Shown here piece by piece: positions 49,354 to 58,851 of a DNA stretch of 64,000 nt (position 1 is the first letter of the stretch; the number at the start of each line of letters is the position of its first letter). Source of the DNA: Thiotrichaceae bacterium UBA973 (GTDB lineage Bacteria > Pseudomonadota > Gammaproteobacteria > Eutrophobiales > Eutrophobiaceae); NCBI GenBank assembly GCA_002292815.1, contig DBBX01000031.1:38472-102471 (forward strand), read 5' to 3'. The position numbers and the translations under genes were made by a program. The notes beneath the pieces are model-generated. The model saw only the letters and a list, made by a program, of their open reading frames with translations, did not search any database and was not told the DNA's origin.

Positions 49354-50760
49354 TTAGCGACCATGAGGATTACCTCCTCGTGGACGTCGTGGTTGTCCAT
49401 CCATGGGTAACGGATCAAGCTCCGCGACTGTAAGTCGATCATCAATTAAATATTTTTTTGCTACTGCCATAACTTGCTCCGCTGTTACTGCCTTTACGCT
49501 ATCAACATAGATGTCCGCTAGACGCCAGGATAAACCTACTGTCTCTAATGTGCCCAGGATCATCCCTTGATAAAATACAGAATCCTTTTCATAAACATCA
49601 CTTGAAATCACTTGCGCCTTAACGCGTTGTAATTCCTCTGTTGTAATCGGGTTACTCTGCAAATCTTTTATCTCATTGCGTAATGCTGTCTCTAATTCAT
49701 TAGCCGTTTTTCCTTTAGATGGTGTTCCCGACATGATGAATAAATTATCCAAACGTGAAACCATTCGATATCCTGCGCTTGCACCAGCAGCGATCTCACT
49801 TCCACGAACCAAACGACTGGCAATACGTGCACTACTACCGCCATCAAGAATCCCGGCCAATACTTCTAGTGCATAGGGTTCCCAATCATGATTTTCTTGT
49901 TTTTCACTTCCCGGCTTAACGACAGGCGTCTTGTACGCCATCATTAAATAAGGTAATTCAGCAGGGCGTTTTACCGTAACGCGTTTTATCCCTTTTTGAT
50001 CAACTTCATCAAGAGATTTAACCGTAATCGGCTCACCCTTTGGTAAGGGTCCAAAATATTTTTTGGCTAATGCATAAACCTCATCTGGATTAACATCACC
50101 TGCTACCACCAGCGTCGCATTATTGGGCGCATACCATTTTTGATACCAGGCACTTAGATCCTCTATGGTCATATTATCGAGATCTTGCATCCAACCAATC
50201 ACCGGATAGCGATAAGGGCTGGTTTGAAATACTGTTGCCATAGCGACTTCATAAGCATAAGACTGCGGTTTATCTTCCGTGCGCCAACGACGTTCTTCTT
50301 TGACAACCTCTATCTCTTTGGTGAACTCCTCTTTCGGCAAGGTCAAGAAGCGCATGCGATCTGCTTCTAGCTTAAAACTGATTTCCAGACGTGATTTTTC
50401 CAGTGTTTGAAAATAAGCCGTGTAATCTGGACCGGTAAAGGCATTATCGCTGCCACCATTCTCGGCAATAATACGAGAGAACTCGCCATTCGGAAATTTT
50501 TCAGTGCCCTTAAACATCATATGTTCAAGTGCGTGCGAAATACCGGTAATACCATCGTGTTCATAACTACCGCCGACCTTATACCAGACCTGTGTAACGA
50601 CAATAGGGGCGCGATGGTCTTCTTTTACTAACAACTTAAGCCCGTTTTCGAGTTGAAATTCAGTAACTTTTGCATTGGCAAGACCGGGAATTATTAAGAT
50701 CAGGCTCAGCAAAACCATTTTCATAGAACGACAAGAATTTTTCATTTTTATATTTATCAT
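49354..50760 (-). CDS. M16-family zinc peptidase, catalytic subunit type
   Basis: 468 aa with a signal peptide and the inverted zinc motif HALEH in GISHALEHMMFKGT. Confidence 0.88.
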   Translation of the reverse strand: MINIKMKNSCRSMKMVLLSLILIIPGLANAKVTEFQLENGLKLLVKEDHRAPIVVTQVWYKVGGSYEHDGITGISHALEHMMFKGTEKFPNGEFSRIIAENGGSDNAFTGPDYTAYFQTLEKSRLEISFKLEADRMRFLTLPKEEFTKEIEVVKEERRWRTEDKPQSYAYEVAMATVFQTSPYRYPVIGWMQDLDNMTIEDLSAWYQKWYAPNNATLVVAGDVNPDEVYALAKKYFGPLPKGEPITVKSLDEVDQKGIKRVTVKRPAELPYLMMAYKTPVVKPGSEKQENHDWEPYALEVLAGILDGGSSARIASRLVRGSEIAAGASAGYRMVSRLDNLFIMSGTPSKGKTANELETALRNEIKDLQSNPITTEELQRVKAQVISSDVYEKDSVFYQGMILGTLETVGLSWRLADIYVDSVKAVTAEQVMAVAKKYLIDDRLTVAELDPLPMDGQPRRPRGGNPHGR

Positions 50761-50882
50761 TAATTAGGAATTAAATTTCTGTGAGTCACGATATATAGAG
50801 CGTATTTCTCTTTATGAGTTCGATATAAGTTAATGGTAGGATACCGCAACTTACTTACGGCATACTAAAATAATTTACTTTT

Positions 50883-51854
50883 GTGTTTGGTTTAAAAAGA
50901 AAAAGCGGCGCTAAAAACCCTGAGGCGTCATCAAACGAGAGCGCCACCCTCTCAGATCGCCTGAAACGTACGCGTACCGGACTTTTCGGAGGCCTCTTCA
51001 GCCGCAAAAAAATCGTTATTGATAACGCCACACTGGAAGAGCTTGAAGATCGTCTGTTATTGGCAGACATTGGTGTTAAGACAACTGATCAGATCATCCA
51101 ATTATTAAAAGCCCAGTCTAAAAACGACAGCAAAAAGAATTCGACGGAAAACCCACTTGAGCAATTAAAACAGGTCTTGTTGCCCGCACTAAAACCGGTC
51201 GAAAAAACTATGACTATTCCTGATATCCAAAACAAGCCCTATTTAATACTCGTCGTTGGCGTTAACGGTGTTGGAAAAACAACCACTATTGGCAAACTCG
51301 CCAAACGCTTACAGAATGAGGGAAAAAGCGTCATGTTGGCCGCAGGAGATACCTTCCGTGCCGCAGCGATCGAACAACTAAAAGTCTGGGGTGATCGCAA
51401 CAAAATAAAGGTCATTGCTCAAACGCATGGCTCGGACTCTGCTGCTGTTATCTTTGATGCCTTGAAATCGGCACGATCAAATAACATTGATGTACTAATC
51501 GCCGATACAGCGGGTCGTTTACACAATAAAGACAACCTGATGGAAGAAATGAAAAAGATCCATCGCATCGGCAACAAATTTGATATCGACTTACAAAGCG
51601 AAGTTTTATTGGTATTAGATGCCGGAACCGGACAAAATGCGTTGATACAAGCAAAACAATTCAACGAGATGATTGGTATTGATGGCATTGTTTTAACAAA
51701 GCTTGATGGGACTGCAAAAGGAGGCATTGTCTTTTCACTTGCAGATGAATTAAATATTCCTATTCGATATATTGGTGTTGGAGAACAAGTTGAAGACTTA
51801 CAACCATTCAACGCCGCTGAATTTATTGATGCTTTACTAGTAGTAGAATCATGA
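50883..51854 (+). CDS. ftsY: Signal recognition particle receptor FtsY
   Basis: 323 aa with GTG start. Motifs: GVNGVGKTTTIGKLA, DTAGRLHNK, TKLDGTAKGG. The N-terminal A region is short and basic. Confidence 0.93.
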   Translation: MFGLKRKSGAKNPEASSNESATLSDRLKRTRTGLFGGLFSRKKIVIDNATLEELEDRLLLADIGVKTTDQIIQLLKAQSKNDSKKNSTENPLEQLKQVLLPALKPVEKTMTIPDIQNKPYLILVVGVNGVGKTTTIGKLAKRLQNEGKSVMLAAGDTFRAAAIEQLKVWGDRNKIKVIAQTHGSDSAAVIFDALKSARSNNIDVLIADTAGRLHNKDNLMEEMKKIHRIGNKFDIDLQSEVLLVLDAGTGQNALIQAKQFNEMIGIDGIVLTKLDGTAKGGIVFSLADELNIPIRYIGVGEQVEDLQPFNAAEFIDALLVVES

Positions 51855-52528
51855 TTCGATTTACCAATGTTCATATGAATTACCCGGGCGGTAATGAAGC
51901 TCTGCGTAATATCAATCTACATATTGAACAAGGCGCGATGGTCTACATAACCGGTCGATCCGGCGCAGGCAAAAGTACGCTACTACGTTTAATTGCCTTA
52001 ATTGATCGCCACTCTCGCGGACAGATTATTATCAATGGTCAAAACCTTGAGCGTGTTCGTAAGCGTCGCATCCCTATCTTCAGACGCCATATCGGTTTTA
52101 TGTTTCAGGATCATCGTCTATTAAATGATAGAACCGTATTCGATAATGTCGCCTTGCCATTGGTAATTGCTGGTTATCGTCATCAAGAGATCCGTAAACG
52201 CGTACAAGCCGCGTTAGACAAAGTCAGCCTGTTGACTAAAGTGAATAGCTATCCAAGGGCACTATCAGGCGGCGAACAGCAACGCGTTGGCGTTGCACGC
52301 GCAGTGGTGCATCGGCCTGCTATATTGCTGGCAGATGAACCTACAGGCAATCTTGACCCGGCTTTATCATGGGATACGATGAAGTTATTTGAACAGTTTA
52401 ATCAGGTCGGCGTTACCGTTCTTATCGCCAGTCATGACCTTGATATGATCAAGCGTATGTCGAAACGCATCATTACTTTAAAGACCGGCCGTATATTAAC
52501 TCACAGTGGGACGCCGACAGAAGCATGA
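51851..52528 (+). CDS. ftsE: Cell division ATP-binding protein FtsE
   Basis: 225 aa with GRSGAGKST, LSGGEQQRV, LLADEPTGNLD. Confidence 0.95.
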   Translation: MIRFTNVHMNYPGGNEALRNINLHIEQGAMVYITGRSGAGKSTLLRLIALIDRHSRGQIIINGQNLERVRKRRIPIFRRHIGFMFQDHRLLNDRTVFDNVALPLVIAGYRHQEIRKRVQAALDKVSLLTKVNSYPRALSGGEQQRVGVARAVVHRPAILLADEPTGNLDPALSWDTMKLFEQFNQVGVTVLIASHDLDMIKRMSKRIITLKTGRILTHSGTPTEA

Positions 52529-53508
52529 AACAGGTTAACCGCAAAAAAAATACCCGTCCGAATAAAACATTCAATAGTGAGCTTAAGCGTCGCTTTGATA
52601 TGTGGCTATTACAACATGCACAGGCATTTATCTTTAGCCTTGGGCAATACATTAAACACCCTATCAGCAATATATTAACGACGGCAGTCATTGGCATATC
52701 ACTCGCCTTGCCTGCCAGTTTTTACCTATTGCTCGACAATGTCCGTTACGCCTCATCGAGTTGGGACGGGTCCGTACAGATCACATTGTTTCTACAGACA
52801 GATGTTGATGAGTCACACGCAGCAGAATTCGCCAACATCCTATCTAGCGATAGCAACATCCGTGAAACAGTCTTAATAAAACGTGACGATGCCCTAGCTG
52901 AATATCAAAAACTTTCGGGCTTTTCCGAGGCACTCAATACACTCGATGAAAATCCATTGCCGAATGTTGTGCTCGTTAAGCCAAGTCTTGATAGCACTGA
53001 TGAAGCAGAAACCGAGGCATTAATAAAACAACTGGAAGCCATGCCTGAAGTGGATAGCGCACAATATGACAGTCGTTGGTTAAAACGCTTACTTTATCTA
53101 TTGGACATCGTTAACCGCCTTATTGTGATTCTCTCAACACTGCTCGCGATAGCGGTGTTACTGATCATCGGCAATACCATTCGGCTTTCGATACACAACC
53201 GACGCTCAGAAATCGAGATCACCAAGCTCTTTGGTGGAACGGACAGCTTTATACAACGCCCGTTCCTTTATAGTGGACTCTGGTACGGCGTTTTCGGCGG
53301 CATCATCGCCTGGTTACTGATCACGATCTCCATGCAGATGCTACATGGCCCGGTCAAACAACTCGCCAACCTCTATGCCAGCAATTTTCAGCTAATTGGA
53401 CTTGGTTTCGGTAATTCGGTAATCCTGCTCGCCAGCGGCATCGCCCTTGGCTTATTCGGCTCATGGATAGCTGTGAAGCGTCATCTGCGCGCAATCGAAC
53501 CTGTCTAA
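52525..53508 (+). CDS. ftsX: Cell division permease FtsX
   Basis: 327 aa with four TM segments, a periplasmic loop, and the EIEI.KL.G motif (SEIEITKLFGGTD). Confidence 0.9.
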   Translation: MKQVNRKKNTRPNKTFNSELKRRFDMWLLQHAQAFIFSLGQYIKHPISNILTTAVIGISLALPASFYLLLDNVRYASSSWDGSVQITLFLQTDVDESHAAEFANILSSDSNIRETVLIKRDDALAEYQKLSGFSEALNTLDENPLPNVVLVKPSLDSTDEAETEALIKQLEAMPEVDSAQYDSRWLKRLLYLLDIVNRLIVILSTLLAIAVLLIIGNTIRLSIHNRRSEIEITKLFGGTDSFIQRPFLYSGLWYGVFGGIIAWLLITISMQMLHGPVKQLANLYASNFQLIGLGFGNSVILLASGIALGLFGSWIAVKRHLRAIEPV

Positions 53509-53516
53509 CAAATCGC

Positions 53517-53629
53517 CCGTCATTCCCGCGAAGGCGGGAACCCAGTAAATATAAGCGTCCTTGGCCTCTGGATACCGCTGCCTATTTTAAATGACTGGCA
53601 CATTGTTCCCATTTACATAGGAATGACGG
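53517..53629. repeat. MITE/REP-like palindromic element
   Basis: 10-bp terminal inverted repeats (CCGTCATTCC at 53517-53526, GGAATGACGG at 53620-53629). An internal GC hairpin TTCCCGCGAAGGCGGGAA lies at 53523-53540. It sits in the ftsX-rpoH spacer. I noticed only one copy in this window. Confidence 0.5.
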
Positions 53630-53769
53630 AAAAATCTGAGTAATTAGCCTCATATTATACTCATAAATATCAACGACTTACGCCCAACATTAAATTGAAC
53701 CATTCTAAACATTAGCACTCATATCTTTGGAGTGCTAAAATTAACATAATAGAAATGGGAAGAGGTTCG

Positions 53770-54621
53770 ATGAATCAATTAACAAACTTACAATTCGCAT
53801 TACCGACAGGGTCGATCGAGAGCTATATCTCATCGGTCAATCAGGTGCCTATCTTGTCTCTGGAAGAAGAGCAGGTCTTGGCCAGACGCCTTCGAGAAGA
53901 AGACGACATTGAAGCTGCGCGTCGTTTAGTTATGTCACACCTACGCTTCGTGGTAAAAATTGCACGAGGGTATAGTGGTTACGGTTTACCACAAGCCGAC
54001 TTGATTCAAGAAGGTAATGTAGGGTTGATGAAAGCCGTAAAACGATTCGATCCTGATGTGGGTGTTCGACTCGTTTCGTTCGCCGTACATTGGGTACGCG
54101 CAGAAATGCATGAATTCATTCTTAAGAACTGGCGCATCGTTAAAGTCGCGACCACCAAGGCACAACGAAAATTATTCTTTAACCTACGTTCATCCAAAAA
54201 ACGTCTCGGCTGGTTAAACCAGAACGAGGTCAATGATGTTGCTGAAACACTCGGCGTTAAACCCAGCGATGTCATGGAAATGGAAAAACGCATGGGCAAC
54301 TACGATGCCTCTTTCGATGGCCATGAAAGTGATGATGACGAAGATTCAAACTATTCGCCATCATACTTTCTGCAAAATAATGCAGCCGGCCCAGAAGAAC
54401 TAATCGAAACTGCACAACTCGACGAAGAAAGCACAGACGCATTACGCAATGCGCTTTCACAGCTTGATGACCGCAGCAAAGACATCATCGCCAAACGTTG
54501 GTTAGCCGAAAACAAAGCTACCTTGCATGAGCTTGCATCGGTACACAACGTCTCTGCAGAACGGATAAGACAGATTGAAAACAACGCAATGAAAAAATTG
54601 CGCGAGACAATAGCCGCGTAA
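53770..54621 (+). CDS. rpoH: RNA polymerase sigma-32 (heat shock sigma factor)
   Basis: The start is placed at the ATG at 53770, after GGAAGAGG. Motifs: [19 protein letters not shown] and the RpoH box QRKLFFNLR. It lies downstream of ftsYEX as in E. coli. Confidence 0.95.
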   Translation: MNQLTNLQFALPTGSIESYISSVNQVPILSLEEEQVLARRLREEDDIEAARRLVMSHLRFVVKIARGYSGYGLPQADLIQEGNVGLMKAVKRFDPDVGVRLVSFAVHWVRAEMHEFILKNWRIVKVATTKAQRKLFFNLRSSKKRLGWLNQNEVNDVAETLGVKPSDVMEMEKRMGNYDASFDGHESDDDEDSNYSPSYFLQNNAAGPEELIETAQLDEESTDALRNALSQLDDRSKDIIAKRWLAENKATLHELASVHNVSAERIRQIENNAMKKLRETIAA

Positions 54622-54673
54622 TCGCAAGCAACTTGATAAAGGACGAATCAAGAATGACTAACAAAATAAACAG

Positions 54674-54698
54674 ATGGCCCTTACGGGCCATTTTTTTG
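54674..54698 (+). terminator. Rho-independent terminator of rpoH
   Basis: ATGGCCC-TTAC-GGGCCAT followed by T7. Confidence 0.8.
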
Positions 54699-54768
54699 GC
54701 TAAATTTATGTCTGCTACCGAACCAAAGCTGACACCTTGTTAGATATTGAAAATAGCAATGATGAGGG

Positions 54769-55149
54769 ATGTGCGTGTTAAATATTAATTTGAATGAAGA
54801 TGAAGGTATTGTGCTTCTTGAGCCTGACGGCGCATTGACAGAAGAAGACTTCAAGTCTGCCGCCAGTATCGTTGACCCTTATCTCGAAAAATCAGGCCAG
54901 TTAAATGGCGTGATAATCCATGTCAAATCGTTCCCGGGCTGGGATTCATTTGCTGCCCTGATTAAACACTTACGCTTTGTTAAGGATCATCACCAAAAGA
55001 TTGCTTGTGTCGCATTTGCCACTGATTCACCTATTGGTGAATTAGCAGAACATGTCGCCAGTCATTTTGTCAACGCAGAGATAAAACACTTTAGCTTTGA
55101 TGAATTAAATGAGGCTAATAACTGGATTAAAACCTTTACTCAAGAATAG
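54769..55149 (+). CDS. STAS/SpoIIAA-like (DUF3478-type) protein
   Basis: 126 aa. The pattern L.PDG.LT.EDF.......D.Y.E..G.L.G..I....FPGW.SF.A...H..FVKDHH..I...A..TDS fits my recollection of this family. Confidence 0.65.
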   Translation: MCVLNINLNEDEGIVLLEPDGALTEEDFKSAASIVDPYLEKSGQLNGVIIHVKSFPGWDSFAALIKHLRFVKDHHQKIACVAFATDSPIGELAEHVASHFVNAEIKHFSFDELNEANNWIKTFTQE

Positions 55150-55425
55150 CTGGAAGGGACTAAATGGGACAGACAAAGATTGTTCGGCAATCTCTCCTGC
55201 ATTGCTCTACTACAGTACATCCATCTACTTATCCCTACAATCCTTTTGTATTTCCTACATTCATGTAGGTCATTTATTTTCTTTATGACATATAAAAACA
55301 CAATCGAAAAAGTTTAGGCTTATACGCAGAGCAGCACCCTAAGAATAAAAAGAACAACAAGCAGGCTTATATAAATCCTACCTTTCAGACGACCAATTAC
55401 GAAAAACAAAGTAATATAGATCACC

Positions 55426-55972
55426 ATGAAGAAAACAACCTCTGTCTCCCACGCCGTTGACTCCATCCATGAGGGTGCCACCATAATGATCGGCGGTTTT
55501 ATGGGTGTTGGAACACCGGAACATTTAATCGATGAACTGGTGCGACAAAATAAAGGCGGCCTTACCTTAATTGCCAATGACACTGCCAGGCCAGGAATTG
55601 GTACCCCAAGGGACGCTTGCTGAGCAGATTCGTTGCGGTGGCTTCGGTCTGGGTGGGGTGTTGACCCCAACCGCCTTGGGGACACTAGCGGCAGAAGGCA
55701 AACGCATCATTGAAATCGAAGGCAAACAATTCTTGCTGGAGCTTCCACTTAAAGCCGACTTCGCGCTGATTAAAGCGCAGCAGTGCGACTACTTCGGTAA
55801 CTTACAATACCGCCTCACCGCCCAAAATTTTAATCCGGTGATGGCCATGGCCGCCGAAACCGTATTCGTTGAAGCTGTAGAACTGGTTCCTGTTGGCTGC
55901 ATCGCACCCGATGATGTACATACGCCCGGCACGTTGGTCGATTACATCGTCAAGACAGAGGTGATGGCATGA
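55426..55972 (+). pseudogene. scoA: 3-oxoacid CoA-transferase subunit A (ScoA/AtoD family), disrupted by an internal out-of-frame deletion
   Basis: ORF 55426..55623 encodes the N-terminus (GATIMIGGFMGVGTPEHLIDELV...LTLIANDTARPGIG, then 6 aberrant residues and a stop). ORF 55571..55972 in another frame resumes at ELVPQGTLAEQIRCGGFGLGGVLTPT. About 33 conserved residues that AtoD has between GIG and VLVPQG are missing. The junction is at GAATTGGT, 55595-55602. Confidence 0.8.
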
Positions 55973-56619
55973 ACGCTAAACAATTGATCGCTCGCCGAGT
56001 CGCCCGTGAAATTCAGCCAGGTAGCCTGGTGAACCTTGGCATAGGCTTGCCGACTATGGTGGCTCAATATGTGCCGACCGAGGACAACGTCTTCTTTCAG
56101 TCCGAAAACGGCATCATCGGCAGCGGTGGTCTACCGGATGGCATGGAAAACCCTTCGCTCAGCGATGCTGGGGGCGGCATGATCGGTGCACTACCGGGCG
56201 CTGCTGCCTTTGACAGTGCCTTCTCCTTCGGGCTGATTCGGGGAGGGCATCTTGATATGACGGTATTGGGCGGACTTCAAGTCGATAGCCAGGGTCGGCT
56301 CGCTAACTGGATAATTCCTGGTGAACGCGTGCCGGGCATGGGTGGCGCCATGGATCTGGTCACCAGCGCTCGCAAGGTAATCGTCGCCATGATCCATACG
56401 GCGAAAGGCACAGCAAAGATTGTAGAGAAGCTTAACTTGCCCATGACCTCCGCCCGACGCGTCGATCTGATCGTCACCGAACTGGCCGTTATACAACCCA
56501 GCGAACAAGGGCTGATCCTGAAAGAAGTAGCGCCGGGCGTAGACGTTGCGCAAGTGCAAGAGCAAACCGAAGCAATCCTTATCGTATCTGAACCCGTTAC
56601 AGCAATGGCGCTGGAGTAG
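55969..56619 (+). CDS. scoB: 3-oxoacid CoA-transferase subunit B (ScoB/AtoA family)
   Basis: 216 aa and apparently intact, with NLGIGLPT, the SENG catalytic-Glu motif (FQSENGIIG), and GMGGAMDL. It overlaps the scoA remnant by ATGA. Confidence 0.9.
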   Translation: MNAKQLIARRVAREIQPGSLVNLGIGLPTMVAQYVPTEDNVFFQSENGIIGSGGLPDGMENPSLSDAGGGMIGALPGAAAFDSAFSFGLIRGGHLDMTVLGGLQVDSQGRLANWIIPGERVPGMGGAMDLVTSARKVIVAMIHTAKGTAKIVEKLNLPMTSARRVDLIVTELAVIQPSEQGLILKEVAPGVDVAQVQEQTEAILIVSEPVTAMALE

Positions 56620-56710
56620 AACTGAAGCAAGGCTAATGTTAATCAGGCAGGCGTCAAACAAAAAATTATAAGGTCAATTTAGAACCCATCATTACTATAA
56701 TAATGTTCTC

Positions 56711-57628
56711 ATGCAACAAGACTCTTCATGGCAGGCCTTAAGCAAACCGGGCGAAGCGACCGAGTACTTTGATTTAGAAACAAAAACACCGCTGCAATGT
56801 GGCGTTCCCGGTTTCAATATTAGTAATGCCTGTTGGTTGGCAGAAATAGCGCGCTTAACTTACCAGCCTGAGTTTCATCTCAATAAAAATAATAATCTGG
56901 GCCGTTTTCAGTATGAAGAGATTGGTTTTATTAATAAGGCCGAGACCTCAACGTATGTCTCTCTGTTAAAGGTCAAAGGCATTAACAGTGATGGCTATCC
57001 ACAACCGTGTCTCGTGGTTGCCTTCCGTGGCACCGATGATCTTGTCGACTGGAAAAATAATATTAAGTCCATACAAACACCTTTCAATGAAGGCGGACTT
57101 GTTCATGCGGGTTTTAATATTGCTTACCAGAGCATTAAAGAAGAATTATTTTTTTATCTGGAAGATATCACACTACCCATCTTCGTTACCGGGCATAGTC
57201 TTGGCGCTGCATTAGCCACTTTACTAACAGCAGAGATAATGAATCAGTCTAACTTTGATTCTTGTTATACCTTTGGCTCACCCCGTGTTGGTGATACGGT
57301 CTTTGCAAATGCTTTTAACGACAAATCGATTTATCGCATTATCAATAACTGCGACATTATCACCACCATACCGATAAGTATTCCGAATATTCACTATCAG
57401 CATTGTGGCACGACACAGTTATTAAATAACATGGGCATACTTATCGAAGGCCTTTCGGAAGAAGATATTTTGAGTTATCAAAAAAACAAAATGCTTAACT
57501 TAAAGGACTATGCCTTACAGGATCTATTCTCGAAGAACATCATCAACATTAAAGGCAACCTACCACCTGTTCTTGCTGATCATGCACCAGTAAATTATGT
57601 GTTGGCATTGGAGAATTCGCTCACTTGA
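56711..57628 (+). CDS. Class 3 (fungal-type) lipase family protein
   Basis: 305 aa with VAFRGTDDLVDWKNN, the nucleophile elbow GHSLGAALA, and FGSPRVGD. No signal peptide is evident. Confidence 0.8.
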   Translation: MQQDSSWQALSKPGEATEYFDLETKTPLQCGVPGFNISNACWLAEIARLTYQPEFHLNKNNNLGRFQYEEIGFINKAETSTYVSLLKVKGINSDGYPQPCLVVAFRGTDDLVDWKNNIKSIQTPFNEGGLVHAGFNIAYQSIKEELFFYLEDITLPIFVTGHSLGAALATLLTAEIMNQSNFDSCYTFGSPRVGDTVFANAFNDKSIYRIINNCDIITTIPISIPNIHYQHCGTTQLLNNMGILIEGLSEEDILSYQKNKMLNLKDYALQDLFSKNIINIKGNLPPVLADHAPVNYVLALENSLT

Positions 57629-57722
57629 TCAAATCAGTTAGAACAAAGGAAGATCACCTTAAATGGTTCGCGGCCGGAGGTTTTCTGCATCAAACGAGGC
57701 CAATATGACTAGTAGCTAGCTC

Positions 57723-58019
57723 TTATTTCCGATCAACGGCAACATCTATTTCTATTCTTTCTACCGTGATGTTGTCTCTGTATGCATCCGGGTGGAGAGG
57801 CATAATTAATTTAACTGCAGCACGTTCGCCTCGTTGTGCAGCGTCATAAATAACAACATCTTCTTTGTTTATAATACGCCCTTTGAGCATCAGGGTTCCA
57901 TCAGGAAGAATGTAAAGAGTTTCCTGCTCTTTTTCATTTGTGACAACCTTTCTTTCATCAACGACACATGAAACCGTTAAAATGCTCACCAAGAGAAAAC
58001 CGATGATTCTTACTGACAT
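57723..58019 (-). CDS. Small putative lipoprotein
   Basis: The start is moved to the ATG at 58019 (MSVRIIGFLLVSILTVSC, lipobox LTVSC), preceded by AAGGA. The ORF-track start at 58037 is a GTG. Confidence 0.5.
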   Translation of the reverse strand: MSVRIIGFLLVSILTVSCVVDERKVVTNEKEQETLYILPDGTLMLKGRIINKEDVVIYDAAQRGERAAVKLIMPLHPDAYRDNITVERIEIDVAVDRK

Positions 58020-58202
58020 ACAACTATCCTTTATCACTCTATTTATTACGTGAGTATAGTCTGTTTATATAATTTCATGCTTATGTTGCGATCGCATGGA
58101 CCTCGGCAATCCCCTAAGGGACGTGCAAATGAGTAGCGAACATACTAAAAAAGACGAAAGCAATAACATAGCTTCTATGAGCCTACAAACAAAGCACTTT
58201 AG

Positions 58203-58667
58203 TTATTTAAGAGTGTCCGGTCGCAGCATCCATTGGATTTCCCAATGTTGTTCTGCGTTTTGTTGAAGGCAGACAACGCTCCCTGGCTTATAGTCGACAA
58301 CTGCTGCTTCCTGATTGCCGGTTATCAGATAGGAAACCATCTTTTGCATGAAGGGCAGATGACCCACTACCATCGTGTCGTGTTTGAATTTATGTACTTT
58401 GATCGAGAAATCTGGAATCGAGTCTTTAGGATTGATACCGTTTATCACTTCAGTTTCACCGCTATTCAATAATGCCTCGGCAAGAATTTCAGCCGTTTGA
58501 TGGGCCCGCATCTTGCTACTATGCAATATCCTGTCGACAGTAATGCCGGATGCTCGCAGAGTCTCAGAGAGATGACGAATGTCTTCCTCTCCTCGCGCAC
58601 TTAAAGGACGACCCGGGTCAACATCTTTTAATACGGACTCAGCGTGTTGTACCAAATACAGTTTCAT
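58203..58667 (-). CDS. sixA: Phosphohistidine phosphatase SixA (histidine phosphatase superfamily)
   Basis: 154 aa with LYLVQHAES (RHG-type motif variant), RPLS.RGE, SS..RA.QTA, VGH.P. Confidence 0.8.
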   Translation of the reverse strand: MKLYLVQHAESVLKDVDPGRPLSARGEEDIRHLSETLRASGITVDRILHSSKMRAHQTAEILAEALLNSGETEVINGINPKDSIPDFSIKVHKFKHDTMVVGHLPFMQKMVSYLITGNQEAAVVDYKPGSVVCLQQNAEQHWEIQWMLRPDTLK

Positions 58668-58851
58668 AATGTAATTATAGATCGAAATTCATAATTATAA
58701 TTATAAAATAATATTGAAAGCACGATAGACTTACACCTTACCTAATATATTAGTAATGAGATAAGAACGAGAGTGAAAATACAGATAACCATTGTGCTCT
58801 GTCTTGAATCTTGAATTTAATAAAACCGAACGAAACCAAAGGAGAAAATAG

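Noticed and set aside
55320-55685. 121-aa minus-strand ORF spanning the scoA start and deletion junction.
   Set aside because: It is antisense to clear ScoA-homologous coding sequence. The product is low-complexity (Pro/Ser/Arg-rich) with a hydrophobic tail from AT-rich DNA, so it is most likely spurious.
56191-56661. Long minus-strand ORFs (156 aa at 56191..56661 and 117 aa at 56277..56630) antisense to scoB.
   Set aside because: They lie entirely within a confidently identified, GC-rich CDS. Elevated GC suppresses stop codons in the antisense frames. Their translations are Arg/Gly/Ala/Ser-rich with no motifs.
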